Positions 26,858 through 41,609 are shown, counted from the first letter of the whole stretch. The stretch is DNA of 62,979 bases, filler included, from Bigelowiella natans CCMP2755 (GCA_000320545.1; 6 parts of 6 records of this genome joined end to end with filler, not necessarily neighbours in it), one strand, 5' to 3'. Translations and numbers: made by a program. Notes: generated from the sequence alone by a model not told the origin.

Positions 26858-28285
26858 AGATTTGTGGATTTGTATTTCATCATATTAAGACTGTATCAGG
26901 ATTGCAGCCGTGATAGCACACGCACCTGCCGCCATCTCTGGAGATATCAAGTGTTTTGACAGCGTGTTGTCATCGTCGCTGCCTCCGTCCCCTCTGCCTT
27001 GGTGCTTCGGCTTGCTTGGAGTACTCTGAATCGTCATCATCATCATCTTATCGTCATCTTTGCTGCTGGTGTTACTAGTGCCAAAGTCCGTCGATGAAGC
27101 CACCGGGCTGAATGATGGTGATGACACAATGACATAATACATCATCAGCCTCCCGGCCATTCGCATTGAGAATGAGGGAAAAGAGCAGACTGCGTGTCTG
27201 CATGATATCACCGTGGGGGAGGGGCAGCTACTCACGCGATGATTCCTCACAACAATAAACTACCACTTAGCACTTGCAAGCATTAGATGTAACAGTCTAC
27301 ACAACTACTACTTTTCCATCTCCATCGTAGCCGTGTTGCTTACACCGCCATTATTGCTGCTGCTTATTCCTGAATGCACACATGCACACACGCATACTTA
27401 ACACCCTTACAATGACCAGTTGTTCGATGTGAAAACAAAAGCACGTAGAGGGAAAGAGAGAGAGAGAGAGAGAGCTGCAGATCATAGCGAATAATCACAT
27501 AATACACGGTAGGAGTAGACTCTTACGATGATGTGATGCAGCTGTGGCCGAATGGTTTGGTTGATAGCGGGGAGATGGCATTGACGATAATATACTGTCG
27601 ATAACAGCCTCGGTTGCCTATTGGTGGTTACACGTGCGTTCAAATGGGGGAGATATCAGTGAGCTCAAACGATGATAATGCATACCGATAACAATAATAC
27701 ATTATGATGATGATAATAAAAATGATATAAATACCTTCTTGCTCGGTGTGGGGACTTCCATTGGCATTCTGAATAGGTTGCTCGACGACGGTGATGATGG
27801 TGATAATGATGATGATGACGACAATGAGGATGATGCGGCGGCAGCCTTGTTGATGGTGATCGACACCTAGCCACATGGATAATAACAAGGCAGCAGCAGG
27901 TAAACAAACGATGTCGTGTGTTGGAAGGAATCACTTATCATCTCAAGGCATAGAGCATATAAATATATATTGTGAAGATCACCTGCAGTAATGCATCGCT
28001 GGAGGCCTTGGCTCTCTCCACGATTCCTTGCGAGTCGAACAGCGAGAACATCATCCCACTTGCTTCGCCGCCTTCTGTGTGCCAAAACATGGGAGCAGAG
28101 AGAGAGAGAAGGAGAGATGAGGTGTGAGAGGGGTTGTTGTTGTTGTTGTTGTCCACCAAGTCACACATTCGCTCATCTTGAACGTGCATGACGGTGTAAT
28201 CGTTCGATCAATCACCACGTTTGTCACAACAGATCAATCAACTCACTTTCCCCTCTTTACATCGTCTCATCTAGTTTCTTCTTCG

Positions 28286-28332
<47 letters not shown>

Positions 28333-28944
28333 CCTCCTCTTTGTCCCTACCCTCCCCCATCTTACCAATGCTTGTTCTCCCAGGATGATGAACACCCCAC
28401 TTTGCGTCTCGATACAGTTGATTCTTCCTCGGCACGGGAGGACTGTTTTATTTTATCGCCCACCACCCCACGGACAATGATGGCATTAGTAACAACACCG
28501 CATTCCTCGCCTAAAATCTCAAGGAAACTCTTTCCCTTCTTCTCTTTCTTATCTTTGATCTCACATCATCTCGCTCATATTTCTCTTCCTCTTCCTCCTC
28601 CCTCTCCCCCTCCTCCTCCTTCTACTACTAGACTACTACTTAATGCTGCGGTGCTTCTGGCTACAACTACTCAGTCTACTACTGCATCATTACTTCTATG
28701 CAATCATCCCCTTCCCCACCCTTTACCTTGTTGTCGGACTGCAAGTTGTTAGGTCAAATCCATCTGCATCAAGCTGCTTTTTTGAATCTTCAAGCTGCTT
28801 CTTCAAGGGCGAGAGCAAGCTGTCGTCCAAGCCCTCTGCAGCACGTCTCAATATCGTCAAGATCTCCTGAGGTGGTGCGGTACCAATTACGTTTAAAAAA
28901 AAATCTACCCCGCGCGAACCCACAAACAGCGCACATGCAGAATA

Positions 28945-28982
<38 letters not shown>

Positions 28983-30593
28983 CATAATATGAATATAGAT
29001 TTCGTATAAAGTACAAACTTCTGCTCTGTCTCGCACAACAGGGGGCAATGGTCGGCACACCGTTACCAGTTCCTACATAGATATGAATAAATGCGATCAT
29101 CCCAACGACGATGAATTGCTTCGGGGGGGGGGGGGGGGGGGAGGTTTGCATAAGAGATGGTTGATGACATCAAATGCTTAAGATGCAATCCTTACATTTC
29201 TGTCAAGGGGACGGTGTTGCACGAGCTGTAGAAGCGTGCGGTTGGGCATAACGAAGGCAATGCTTTCGTCCATTTTTCTGGCAGTCATATCCCTCCACTC
29301 CAAGAGGCCTTTCAGTGCCGTCATCTGCTCGTCGGTTAGTGCGAGATGCTTCTTGCGTACAAACTTAACCGCCTCCTTCATTTATCAATAGAAGTAATCA
29401 ATGACCTCATCTTCGGTAAATTATGCATAGGCTAGTTGTAATACGTGCTCAAGGGAAGATGCGGCGGGGGAAGGGGGGGGGGGAGACGTGTAAGTTTGAT
29501 TCATTTGTTCTCACTACTTACTGTTGGCGATAAGGCCGGGACCTCGTAACGCTGCAAGCACAAGTCGCGGCTTCTCTCAAAAACGGTCAGAAGAGCCGAC
29601 GCTCTATAGAATGCGACAGAAAGCAGCAACCACAATAAATATGCGGTTGAAACCGACGATGCGCGAAAAGGAACAAGCACGAATGCATGCATCAGAAAGC
29701 GAATGCCTGTCTTGCTGTGATGGTCGTTTATTTGTTGTTAGATTTCAAGACTGCTGACCCTGAATCTCCGCTCCTCTTTGCCAGGATATCGTTCCTGAGG
29801 ATCGGAAGGAAAAAGGGGCGACGGGTAAGAACATAGAAGAGGAGGAGGAAGAAGAAGAAGAAGAATGAGAAGAAGAAGATAGCAGTTGTCGTTACTATCA
29901 AGGTATCGATTAAAATACACCGTGTGTTCGTTCCTACAACGCCCTCACAACGAAATGATGATTGCGACGATGACGACGAGATGATGGGGATGCTAGCAGC
30001 GTTGAGAGCACCTGATTCTGTCGTAGATGTAGAGGAGATAGTGCGTGTCCTGCCTTGCGTAGAGCAGCATTTCAGCGGGAAGCGGACGGCATCTCCAATC
30101 TAAGTATGAATGAGGAGGAGGAGGAGAAACGACTTTGTGTGTGCTCATCATCATCGCTACAGGCACTACCACTACTGGTGGTGACGATGACAGGAGGAGG
30201 AGGAGGAGGGGGAGGAGGAGGGTGGTGATGTTACTAATACAACCTGCGAGCTGGTACTTCTTGTCGGTGTTGACATTGCAGTAATGGCGCAGTAAGTACG
30301 CAAGCCCAAATGAAGGCATTGACATCAGCCTGCATATATCACATACCATTCGACACGACAGCAGGAGTCACACACACACACAGATTCTATATCAGATAAC
30401 CAAATATAATCATTCATGTGTAAACTGCATTTCATAGTGGAAAAACTCCCGTTATTATTAATTCGACAGCGGAAAGTTTGCCTATTCATCGTCATCATCA
30501 TCATCATCTCATCAACAAGAGCTAGAGATTGTAGCTGCTACGTTCAATACAAGACACAATATTAAATCGCAGCATGGGGTACATTTCAAGAAT

Positions 30594-30638
<45 letters not shown>

Positions 30639-30830
30639 TTATGAGGAATGATGACGAAAACGATGGCTTAGACCCTGCGACATCTCTACGACCCCATTGC
30701 AGAACAAAGACACATTGTTGAATCTCACGATTTGGAATGACAGCTGTAAAGTAGTATTTATGTCCTTGCTACCTCGCTGCTTGACCAGTGTCGAACATGT
30801 TGACGACATATATCCCAAAATCCTGTGTAG
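25423..30830 (-). CDS. RRP6: Nuclear exosome 3'-5' exonuclease RRP6 (5'-truncated at gap)
   Basis: [64 protein letters not shown]; HRDC domain LLEWRDMTARKMDESIAFVMPN; low-complexity, basic C-terminal tail. Confidence 0.92.
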
Positions 30831-30857
30831 GGTCAGTGGTGGAGAGGAATATTATAA

Positions 30858-30933
<76 letters not shown>

Positions 30934-31118
30934 ACAAAATCTAAGTTGATAGAGAGAGAGCGTGCGCGCGAGGGGGGGGGGGGCGAGCGCGCGCGCACAC
31001 ATATATATATATATAGCTCTCTCGCGATATATAGCTATATCTCTATGTGTGTGTGTGTTTATGTGTGGGTGTATGTATGTGTATGTGTCAGTGCCGCACC
31101 GCGCGCCATCTATCTCCT

Positions 31119-31159
<41 letters not shown>

Positions 31160-31259
31160 NNNNNNNNNNNNNNNNNNNNNNNNNNNNNNNNNNNNNNNNN
31201 NNNTTAATTAATTAANNNNNNNNNNNNNNNNNNNNNNNNNNNNNNNNNNNNNNNNNNNN
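31160..31259. other. Artificial contig linker
   Basis: N44-TTAATTAATTAA-N44. Confidence 0.97.
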
Positions 31260-31708
31260 ACACTGCAATATTCAGTGCTAAATCGAAGCTGCTGCTGCGT
31301 AGCGGTAGCGCGCTGGCCGCGTCCGCAAGGAAGAGCGACCTTAGGGAGGGGGGGGGGATGTGGGAGCTCTTAGGCCTCTGCATACCCCCAAGCCGCATAT
31401 CGCCGTCGTTGATGCTTTTCTCCATTCTTTTATCGATACTACCACGACTACTGCTGCTGCTGCTGCTGCTGCTACCACTATTACTACTAAGATTATCTCT
31501 ATCACTGCTATTTCTATCTACACTGGTTGAGATGCCCCCCCCAGTGCCATTCTGGGCATTGCCTTCCAAGGCCGCCGTGTTGCTCTGGCAGACCGAGAGC
31601 TGCGAAAGGCTCACATCGCACCCGACACTTCCCTGCGACGATGACAACATTCACATCATCACAGCAGCTAGGGAGTGAGGGGGGGGGAGAGAGAGACACA
31701 CACACACT

Positions 31709-31759
<51 letters not shown>

Positions 31760-32180
31760 CCTGTACCATCGTTTGACTCCCTGTACCCTGCACCTTACTC
31801 GCCACAAGCAGAGCATGCAACCACCTGCCCACAGAGTCTGAGATGCTTGCCGTTACCACAGCCTACGTCCACAACCAGCTTGCCCCCCCCCCCTCCCCCC
31901 TGCGGAGCTACTCCGTTTTTATGAAGCCAGTCTACGACTGCAGGCCATGGGGAATGACGTGTCCGGTTCCAATGCGAAGCGATTGAATCGTAAACCTGCT
32001 GCACGTGCGAGCTTTCCGCTTGAGGCATTGCCAGCCCCCCACCGTTCTCGGCGGCGAGGAGAGACGTAGCGAGCGACTGGGGGAGGGGAGACGATTTCTG
32101 GCGGTCGGTGGGTACAATGGTGTCGGGAAAGGGGATTGGTCTCAGAACTATGCGTAAGTGAACATAGACCGTACATTGAG

Positions 32181-32221
<41 letters not shown>

Positions 32222-32664
32222 TTCTATGTGCAGGCTCCGCAGGATTCCTACTCGGCATCTTTTTCAAAATACACGAATCTCGCTACTTTGGCTACTTGTT
32301 GATTCTCTCTCAGTGTGTGTGATGATGCAGGGAGCAACTTACTGAGCTGTTGCGGCCACGATGTAGATCCTTCTTCGCGTCTCCCCGCGGGCCGCTCTGC
32401 CGCTCCTTCTCCTCGCTCAGAAGATCAACTCCAGCAGTCCGTACGCGCCGCCATTTGGCCAGAAGCCGGCCGGTGAGATTTCGCCTCATATCATCCAAAG
32501 CGGAGCTCGAGAGGCGACGGAACGTAAGTGAGATCCTGCGTGATGAGGGGCTCTCGACTGCGTGCTTCACCCGAGGCCCTCCTGCTTCTCCGGTGACACG
32601 GAGCGCTGAGCCGATTGGCATGAATACCTACACCAGCGCGAAAACCACACAAACCAACATATTG

Positions 32665-32735
<71 letters not shown>

Positions 32736-33784
32736 TGAAAGATATTGATATAGTTGCCTATCCCCTGCTCTTCACATTTTTCGGCGCGTCGACAAGAAAT
32801 ACATGCATTGTTATTATTAGAGGCACGATTGTTATTCTATCACAAGCTTTTTTCTCCAGATGAACCCAACGCTCCGTCGCTCACCCTGTGGCCTCCAGCC
32901 CAGCGCCCGTTGTCCCCTGTAAGCACCTCGCCAAACACCGCACTCTGCTCCGATTCGAGGGAGACCGTAACGAAGGGACGCGCAAAGCTGGGGTTATCAA
33001 CGTGGGGAGGCAGCCAATGCCCAACCCCATAGACATTCACGCAGCATGTGTCCAGCCGCTCACCCTTCCCCACCACCCCCTTCTCGACCAGAAGATCGGA
33101 CACGCGCCTCAGCAGGGGGGGGAGCGCTATGACTGGGGCCCATTGGACGCGGTTGGCGTTTGTGTACACCCCGAATTGCAGCATCTCACGGGACTGCTTG
33201 TTTCCGACCCACTTTGGAGGGGGCTTGGTGTATGTGCGGCCGGGCAGCTTACCCCTCCTCCCAAGCTCCAGCATAGCGTCAACAAAGCGCACAATTTCGT
33301 CGTGGAGGGAAGGCGGTGGCTTGCTGCTGCTGCTGCTGCCTTCGTCGCTCGATGGTTTTTGGACGGCGTAGGTTGTGTCGTTTTTGAGGTCGTCATCGAG
33401 AAGACCTTCAAACAATGTTAGCCCGCTCATAATCTCCGTGCGACGAAGTAGCCTGGCCGCAGCTGCCGTTGTGGCTTGTACTGATGATGATGATGATGAT
33501 GATGATGATGAGGTCCGCTGGGCGCTCTCCTTGCCCTGCACACCCCTCCTCATTATCATTGAGTTGTTGTCTGAAAGCTTCCTGGAAGACAGATCTGCTC
33601 CGAAGTTTTCGATCGAACTCATTCTCCTTGCCGCCAGCGCTGGGGTAAAGAGCGCTACACAGAGGGTGGCAACAACAACACCACCACCGAGGATGAGGAT
33701 CTTCCCCCCCCTCCTTCTTCTTTGAATTTTTCTTCTTCTTCTTCTTCTTCTTCCTATGAATGAAATTACAAAGCCAGTTCCCAT
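31260..33784 (-). CDS. ALKBH8: ALKBH8-like protein: 2OG-Fe(II) dioxygenase fused to TRM9-type methyltransferase, with N-terminal leader (3'-truncated at gap)
   Basis: VNVYGVGHWLPPHVD...KHAV...RISLTFR (HxD...H...R); ESSHVQQVYDSIASHWNRTRHSPWPAV; SAM motif I DVGCGNGK; LPLRSSSFDLALNIAV. Confidence 0.88.
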
Positions 33785-34195
33785 GCAACGTCTCTACGAG
33801 GGAATCATTCCGCCCGGGAAGCTATAAGCCGAGGCGAAGTTTTGGGTGAAGGGGAGGGGCCCGGCTCGGGCCAAGCTGAGAGAGAAAAATTAAGATCTTC
33901 TCGCGATACAACCAAACCGCAAATACCTACGGGTTTTTGTCCTGCGACTTTTTTCAAATCCTCGTCGCAAGACAAAAAGCAATGGTATTTTCACCGTGGG
34001 AGGAATTCTTTTTTTTCTGCAATTAACTCCCGGTTTGCAGCGATTTGTGGTGGAAAGTCGTCGAAAATGATACAAAAAGGTAATAAATGGCCTATATTCT
34101 TCGATATATTTGCGACAGTACCGGGTTTATCTTTGATGATCTTTCTCGTGCTGTACGTCCCCGAAGACGGGCGGTGATGGCGTCGGAACTGATGC

Positions 34196-34534
34196 ATGGA
34201 CAACCGAGTGCTGAGCTTCGGGGCTGATTTCGTGAGAATGAAGAATGGGCTCTTCTATGGTTTTGTAGTAGTTTCAATTGGGTGCCTGACTCTTTCCTGG
34301 TTCGTACTTCGCCTTCGTCTTATGAGAAATTGCGTCTCAGAAAACGTTCTGGAGCTCGATAGTAGTGCTGGTGTAAGATCCTCTACACTCCGAAGGAGTG
34401 GTGATGAAAGTGCCCTCACCATCGCGCAATACTCGGCTACTCGCTCATTTGAAATGAACATGCGAAGGGGAGTCGGGGCTCGCGCAGGGAGGAGCATGTG
34501 TAAACATATGAAAGAAAATGTACAGGCTAACTAG
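34196..34534 (+). CDS. Hypothetical small membrane protein (unresolved; could be spliced or non-coding)
   Basis: 112-aa ORF with hydrophobic stretch GLFYGFVVVSIGCLTLSWFVL, lying between promoter-like DNA and a CTAG-type 3' spacer. Confidence 0.3.
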   Translation: MDNRVLSFGADFVRMKNGLFYGFVVVSIGCLTLSWFVLRLRLMRNCVSENVLELDSSAGVRSSTLRRSGDESALTIAQYSATRSFEMNMRRGVGARAGRSMCKHMKENVQAN

Positions 34535-34910
34535 CTAACTAGCTAAGCATCGGAGCGCTTTTGCACACCACATGAAGTATATCGTAGAACTTGGCTAGAT
34601 AATGTTCCCATTTAATATAGAGCAAGCATCTGGTCGAGCGCGCTGCAACGAGCAAAGTACGTACGTAAATGTTTGCCAAATCGAGCGCAAATTTTGAATT
34701 TTATAAAGGAACGAGGTAGCGAACCATGCATCCACGCGAATGGGCTGTATAATTGATATGATAACTGGGATGCGATACACATGGTGATAATACTGCGCTG
34801 GTATTCGGTCATTTGAAATATATGTGTGCAGCAACCCCTTTCGAGACTGATTTCGCGTCCCGTTTATTGTTTCTGTAAACACAATCCTTATCGCTCCCTT
34901 CATTCTTCAA

Positions 34911-35622
34911 TCACCGCTTGAACTTCGCCTTTTGGCTAGGAGTCATTCGACTCCACATAGTGGAGAGCAGAGCTAGTATTTCCTGATGAAGAACGGTGTG
35001 AATCAAAATGAAAGGTGGAGAAGATTTGGATTGGAAGATGGCAGGATAGGAAGGAACGACAGGAAATGAGATGATGATCAAAAATATACAAACAACAAAA
35101 AGGTTCGCGATGATAGCGACAGACTGCTGCAGTATTTGATGGAGGAAACGAGCCATGCGGTACAGAAGTCTCCCCCATCTTCGGAATACGGCAACGCATC
35201 TCCAATCTCTGCAAACCCGCACCCCATCCCCCCCCCCCCCCCCCGGGCGCCACCCACACACAACCGAATCCTCCAGATCAGGCTCTTCCTCCAAGATTTC
35301 CTGCCGGACCTTTCAGTATGAGAGTAATCACAAGCAACCAGGAGGCATTTCTCGTGAGGCAAGAGGAGTGAAGGCAAAGTCCAGGCCTTGGCGGCGTGGT
35401 TTGCTCATCATCAGGCAGGGACCTACCTGCGGATCTGCCAGGAATTTGTGGAAAGGGGAGGAGCGCTTCCTAGAATTTGTGGTGATACAGAAGGACAAGA
35501 AGAAGGGACAACCGGTCGGATATCGCGTCGGGTGGTAGTGATGGCGGCGGTGGTGATGACGATTGTGATGATGATAACATGAAGAAGGCAGGAAGTATAT
35601 GATGTTCGCACGTGTACACAGA

Positions 35623-35661
<39 letters not shown>

Positions 35662-35680
35662 CACTTCCTCATCGTCGTCG

Positions 35681-35714
<34 letters not shown>

Positions 35715-36033
35715 TCAGCTCACTGCGTAGGCATGGGCGTTGGGAGTTTGTCGGAAGCTTTAGACGCAGTAGGATCACGGCCAAAATTTGCATCGGCTTC
35801 CTTCTCCTCCTCCTCCCCCTTGTCCTCCTTTTGCCGCTCTAGCTCGCGACTGCCTGAATCATCGATCGATTCTTCATCCTGCCCCCCCCCCCCCCCCCCT
35901 GAACGTGGGCTGGTGGTACCAGGAGGCGGCTTTGTGGGGCGGGTGAGTTTATGAACGATCCTGGGTATACCAATGTTCATCGCGTCACAAAACTATATGT
36001 GGGCCTTAAAAAAAGGGTGGAAAAAGAAGAAGA
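34911..36033 (-). CDS. 3' part of a gene with a C-terminal HMG box (possibly WDHD1/AND-1-like)
   Basis: Three exons splice to RKRSSPFHKFLADPQVRQEILEEEPDLEDSEILALLSTMWSRMTPSQKAKFKR*, preceded by an acidic/proline-rich linker. Confidence 0.7.
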
Positions 36034-36133
36034 NNNNNNNNNNNNNNNNNNNNNNNNNNNNNNNNNNNNNNNNNNNNTTAATTAATTAANNNNNNNNNNN
36101 NNNNNNNNNNNNNNNNNNNNNNNNNNNNNNNNN
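36034..36133. other. Artificial contig linker
   Basis: N44-TTAATTAATTAA-N44. Confidence 0.97.
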
Positions 36134-36336
36134 CTAACTTTTAGCAGGACTGTCTTGTGGCCGTTCCTGTTAAAGTGGGGGCCTTTAAAACCCCTTGTAT
36201 GCCTTCTTTCCTGGACAAAAACAGAGAAAGAGAGAGAGAGGGGGTTTGGGGGGGGGGGAGGAAAATAATTCCATAGCTTCAGTAGCTGATGCTTTTATTC
36301 AACCCAACGTTTTAGAGGAAGAACTCTCCAATTCTA

Positions 36337-37154
36337 GGCTGCGATGGCAAGGTAGTATCCGATCTAAAAATAGAATGACGCATGTAAGCTCACATCAACG
36401 TAGTTTGAGTCTGTGCTGCCTCGGTGGCGTTCTTCCCCTTTGGACGCGCACACACATACACACACTCAATACACACAGAGAGAAAGAGAGAGAGAGAGAG
36501 AGAAGGGGGGGAGAGATCTCACGCCGAACGTGCCTTCTTCTCCCATATACAGGCGTTTATTGTCGACTATTACGAGGACGCAGGAATCCGGCCAAAGAAG
36601 TAACACACAAAATCAAGGAAATGATGATAATAATGATAATGATGATGGCAGACAGCGGCGTGTGTCATTGCGTTGATATCCATGGTTTTACTGTGATCGC
36701 TGCCCCAAGATTTCTCAACGACGTCGCAATCTTATTACTTGATTTGGGCTTCGGAGCCGCACTAGTAGCACAATATAATCATTCATTACCGAGAAGCTTA
36801 CTCCGGCACGAGTTGTAGGAGTAGTGCATTTTGCCTACGCATGATATGCCGCTGGATGTGCCTGCCATTCCCTAATGTCATTACCGTGTGTTGTATTTTA
36901 TTCGACTCCCCCCCCTCCCTCGATGTCGATTTAGACTCGATTTTCTGCGTCTCAAAACGCACCAGGAGGTCCTCTACCTGGTGGCAAGAGGCGTTCGCCA
37001 CGCCCGCACGTTAGACGTAGAAGGCAATTTGGAGAAGTGTTTGGGTGCTGTCCGCATCGCTGCTCCAGGCTACCCCGCACGGACGCAGTCTCACACGGTG
37101 GAACGAGAGCGACGAGGACCGCACGGCGACTCAGGTGACATACGACACAATTGA
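36337..37154 (+). CDS. 3' exons of a hypothetical protein
   Basis: Phase-compatible small exons give GCDGK-AFIVDYYEDAGIRPKN-GVCHCVDIH; the last exon is ambiguous. Confidence 0.35.
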
Positions 37155-38008
37155 CAAAAGGGTCCCATCCCAGCAAAGCGAGATGAGGTGCGCGCTACGC
37201 CGCAGCCGGATGGTCGCTCCAGAAGCTGAGCGTATGCACCAGTTGGAAATTCGAAGAGAGGCTGCGACGGCGACGGCAACGATGACAGTAGATTGTAGAA
37301 TGTAAGATGAAGTCATGGAATTTGTAGAATGTGGGTGATCGTGGAACCCTGCTGGTTGCATGTGCTGTGTCTGCGAGCACAGCACGCCGATAAACCATCC
37401 TCTGGTTCGAGCATAGTTATTTTATAGCAAGTAGTGTAGCCTAGGCCAGATGCAGGAAGCACATACATGAACACCCGAGGAGCGCGTTGACTTGTTCATA
37501 TTGAAGACACATTGACTTGATCATCACGTTGTCATCTCCTGTTTGTTTCTGATGCCTGAATGAAATGACTCAAATGCAATGTCATGTATGTGCTACACAT
37601 GCATGCTAGCTAGCATGTATGGACTCATCCGCCCTGCTTCAATAACAGCAGAAAACGTGATAAATTGCAATTATTGCGCATTGTTTGCTAGGAATAAGTC
37701 ACATGATGAAGTCGGGGAGATAGTTATCTGGCTGTCTACGCACAGCGAGCTTTAATGGGAAACACATTTTCATTAGATGAAGCCGCACCACATGTCACCA
37801 GAGTTAGCGCTACATACGTGGCCGTACAACGACACGCTAGAAAATCTATTGAAGATAAAAACGTATGAAGATGAGTTAAACATCAGATCTCTTGCCCCGA
37901 AGCGCCAAATGAATGCACGAGCTCTTGCTGTACGTCCATGCAGAGTTGGTCCCTTGCCCGTGCAAGTACTTCATGCGAATATCCGCCTCTCCTTCTCAGC
38001 GTCGATGG

Positions 38009-38582
38009 TCAGTGATATTCACTACCAGCTAGGTGAGGCTGTTGGGTCTCATTGCAGATTCTCTCCCACGTCCTTAATGGCGACCAACCGCGTCATCACG
38101 TAAAAGCAGCAGCAACAGCAGTCCGACGCATAGCGTTCGAGTAAAGGAAAGTAAGTCCCACGTAGTACATGCACACATGAACATCAGCAAAGTCATCATC
38201 AATGCCATCATATCATCACCACCACCACCACCACCACCATCAACGCTAATACCAGCACCAGCACTGCCACGCCTGCTACTACCTTCCGTTCGGATTTAAC
38301 TTGATGGGCGATGTGACAGCGATTGCAGGGATGGGGATTAGCACGCTGGTGGCAGGGAGCATCAGCATTTATTGTCATCCCCAACAAAGACAAAAACAAA
38401 AACAAGAACAAAGACAAAGCAAGCAAGCAAACAAACAACGCTCCTACAACGATGTGACAAAAACCTGCGGTGGTTCACCAACCCCGACGTGAAGCCTGTG
38501 AAGCCCGCCATTGCACCTATGACATAATCAAACAGCGTGGAAAATCTCGGTGTATAATATACCTACAGTTACTACTTCAGTT

Positions 38583-38622
<40 letters not shown>

Positions 38623-38801
38623 GTCCCCCCCCCCCCCCCCCACCGGGGACTGGGTTCTCAGCAAGGATGTTGCACATCACGGGGTCCGGAGGATTCGCCT
38701 GAAGTCCCCCGTAGTTTTGCCGAAGAAGAAGAAGAAGAAGAAGAAGAAGAAGAAGAAAACCGCAGCAGCAGTACACGCGCGCACAGGAATAAGTTAGTAT
38801 G

Positions 38802-38875
<74 letters not shown>

Positions 38876-39108
38876 TTATAATATGTATATCAACAACTAC
38901 TCCAGGGGATTGCGCAGTAAATACCTTAACACTTCTGATCATGTAGGAAGGATCATGATACTTGATGTTGGCCTTTTCACCCTGCCATAGCAGCAGCAGA
39001 AGCAACACGTAGCTTATAGAACACCAAACGGCTCCGACTCTCGGAGGTTTTGAAAGAGAGAAATCACAGACCACTGCTGTCAATATATGCATATATTGTA
39101 CATTCGCG

Positions 39109-39173
<65 letters not shown>

Positions 39174-39567
39174 AGTGTGCGCGCACGTCATTTTAGACAA
39201 AACAGAACACCTTTGATTCGAAGTATGCATTGATTTTCTGCTTCAAGTACGTTCCAACAGAGGGAAGGCGGATGTTGCCTGCGCACACACGCGTATCATA
39301 ACACCGCACACATACGCACACACGCACGCACACAGGCGCGCGCGCGTGCAACGCTCGCAAGATATCCAACCAGTCTATTAGCAAAGCTCTTGAGCCCTTC
39401 TTCACGCTACTCATACACACACATATATACCCATATACGCACACATATACACCACCAGATTCGTCCCTGTGGTTCGGGTCGCCCTTCATCAGTGTCAGTC
39501 CAGCTCCTAAAGAACAAAGCTAAGGATCACCATTCTCACCATCATCATCATATCATCATATCATCAT

Positions 39568-39599
<32 letters not shown>

Positions 39600-39744
39600 A
39601 TCATCATCATCGTCGTCGTCATCGTCATCGCCGTCATCATCATCATCATCTTCATCATCCTCCTCATTAGCCATCAGCTCAGTAGTGGCAAAGAGCTGCA
39701 ATTTTGCTGCCTCCTCCAAGGAGTCAGAGTCCGCCCATCAGCAA

Positions 39745-39776
<32 letters not shown>

Positions 39777-41575
39777 GAGAGAGAGAGAGAGAGAGGGAGA
39801 GAGAGAGAGTGCGTGTAACGTACCCTCGGCAACGATAATCACGGCATGCCTGGTTGTTAAGAGTTAACCAACACATCGTCGTAATCATCATCATCATCAC
39901 AACCACCATCATCATCATCACCATCATCATCATCACCATCATCATCATCTCTGCCATCTCATATCATCCTCTTGAGTCAGTCGTTCCTACCCTTGGACTT
40001 TGCATGTGTTGTAGATGTAGTCGAGAATACCGTGCTCCCCCTCCATTGGCATGGGGACCTCTGTGTGTGCGTGCATGCGTGCGTGCGTGCGTGCGTGTGT
40101 GAGAACATGCTTTTCAGTTTAAATAAAAGATATTTGGTAGCTCTCCCTCATTTTCTAATCGTCTTAAATCATACAGCGAGAGTCCTCCATCATCACCACC
40201 GCCACCACCGCCACTATCACTACGGCTACGACTGCGACTACAATTACGACTGCTATCACCTGGGATGAGGCAAAGATCCACCTGCCGGCTGGCAAGGACA
40301 GCGTGAGCGGCGATGAATCTAACGTTGCACGCCGTTTGTCGTATTATCATCAATTTATTCGTTGGCGACATGGGGAGGGGGAGGGGGAGGGGGATGAAGA
40401 TGTTAGGATTTCACATACCCGGCCTCACGGCCCATCAGCTTGGTAATACCGATGCCGTTTGGGATGCAGCAGGCCTGATTTTTGAAAGAAGTTTTCCCAA
40501 TCGTCACATTCAAAGAGGAGGGGGAGAGGGGCGGGAAGGTGAGGAGGAGCAACGTGTGCTTTCATCGAAAGTTCGGGGTAATGTGTGAAAATCAACGAGC
40601 GCTGGCCTTTTCGTTCTGGGCGGGGGGGGGGGGAGGTAGAGGCGATGATAATGGTGGAGATGGAGATGACGAATGATGACGACAACGACGATAATTGCGC
40701 CAGATAGACAGAAGATTTTATCCTCCCCCTCCCCCTCCCTTCCCCCATACACTATACACCTCGGTCACACTAGAGCGAATGGCCTTGGTAGCTTCCTCCA
40801 CCGCAGTGTTAAATCTATCAGTGTATATGACATCTTAAGCAAAAGCGCAATATAGTTTATTACTCTCTTATTCTTATTTTCTCCCTCCTTTTTCCCCTGT
40901 CCCTTGTCCTTCACCTTTTCTGCTCCCCCCCCCCGTGTTCCCATTATGCTTCAGCAACTTAGAGCTGGCTGCTTTTACTGTGCTGTGAGTCCTGGCATCT
41001 TCTCCCCCCCCTCCCCCCGAACCCTCGAAAAAGTATAATGTACCCGAATGAGCTGTCAATGATACCGACATCGTTGTCAATCGTCTTCGGTATTCCAGCG
41101 ACTAGTTTTTGCATTGATAACGAGCGATATTTCGTGGACGGGGAAGGTGGCAGAGCAGATAAAATGAATTTCCAACTCGAAAAGTAGGTATATTTTACAT
41201 TCACATCACACACACACACACACACACACAACACACACACACATATGTATATATAAACATATAGAATTATCTACCGGTAATTTTGAGCTTTCGCCTTTTT
41301 ACTTCCTGGTAAATCGCATGAGCCCCTCTACCAGTGAGCGAAAGGAATCATTAGTGCATTGCAAATAAAGCGGAAAATTGGCCGGGCCAGGAGAAGTACA
41401 TATTTTGCCCTTTCCCTCCTCCACTCTCTACTTGTTCAAACAAACACAAATGTCACTAGCCAAATCACCTGTGAGATCCGTCGCCGCCGATAATGTAGAG
41501 CTGTGATATCTTGTTCTTTCCCAAAGAGTCCACGATTGCTTCCAGGTTGAAACCCCCCCTAATCGACGTCGTCAG

Positions 41576-41609
<34 letters not shown>

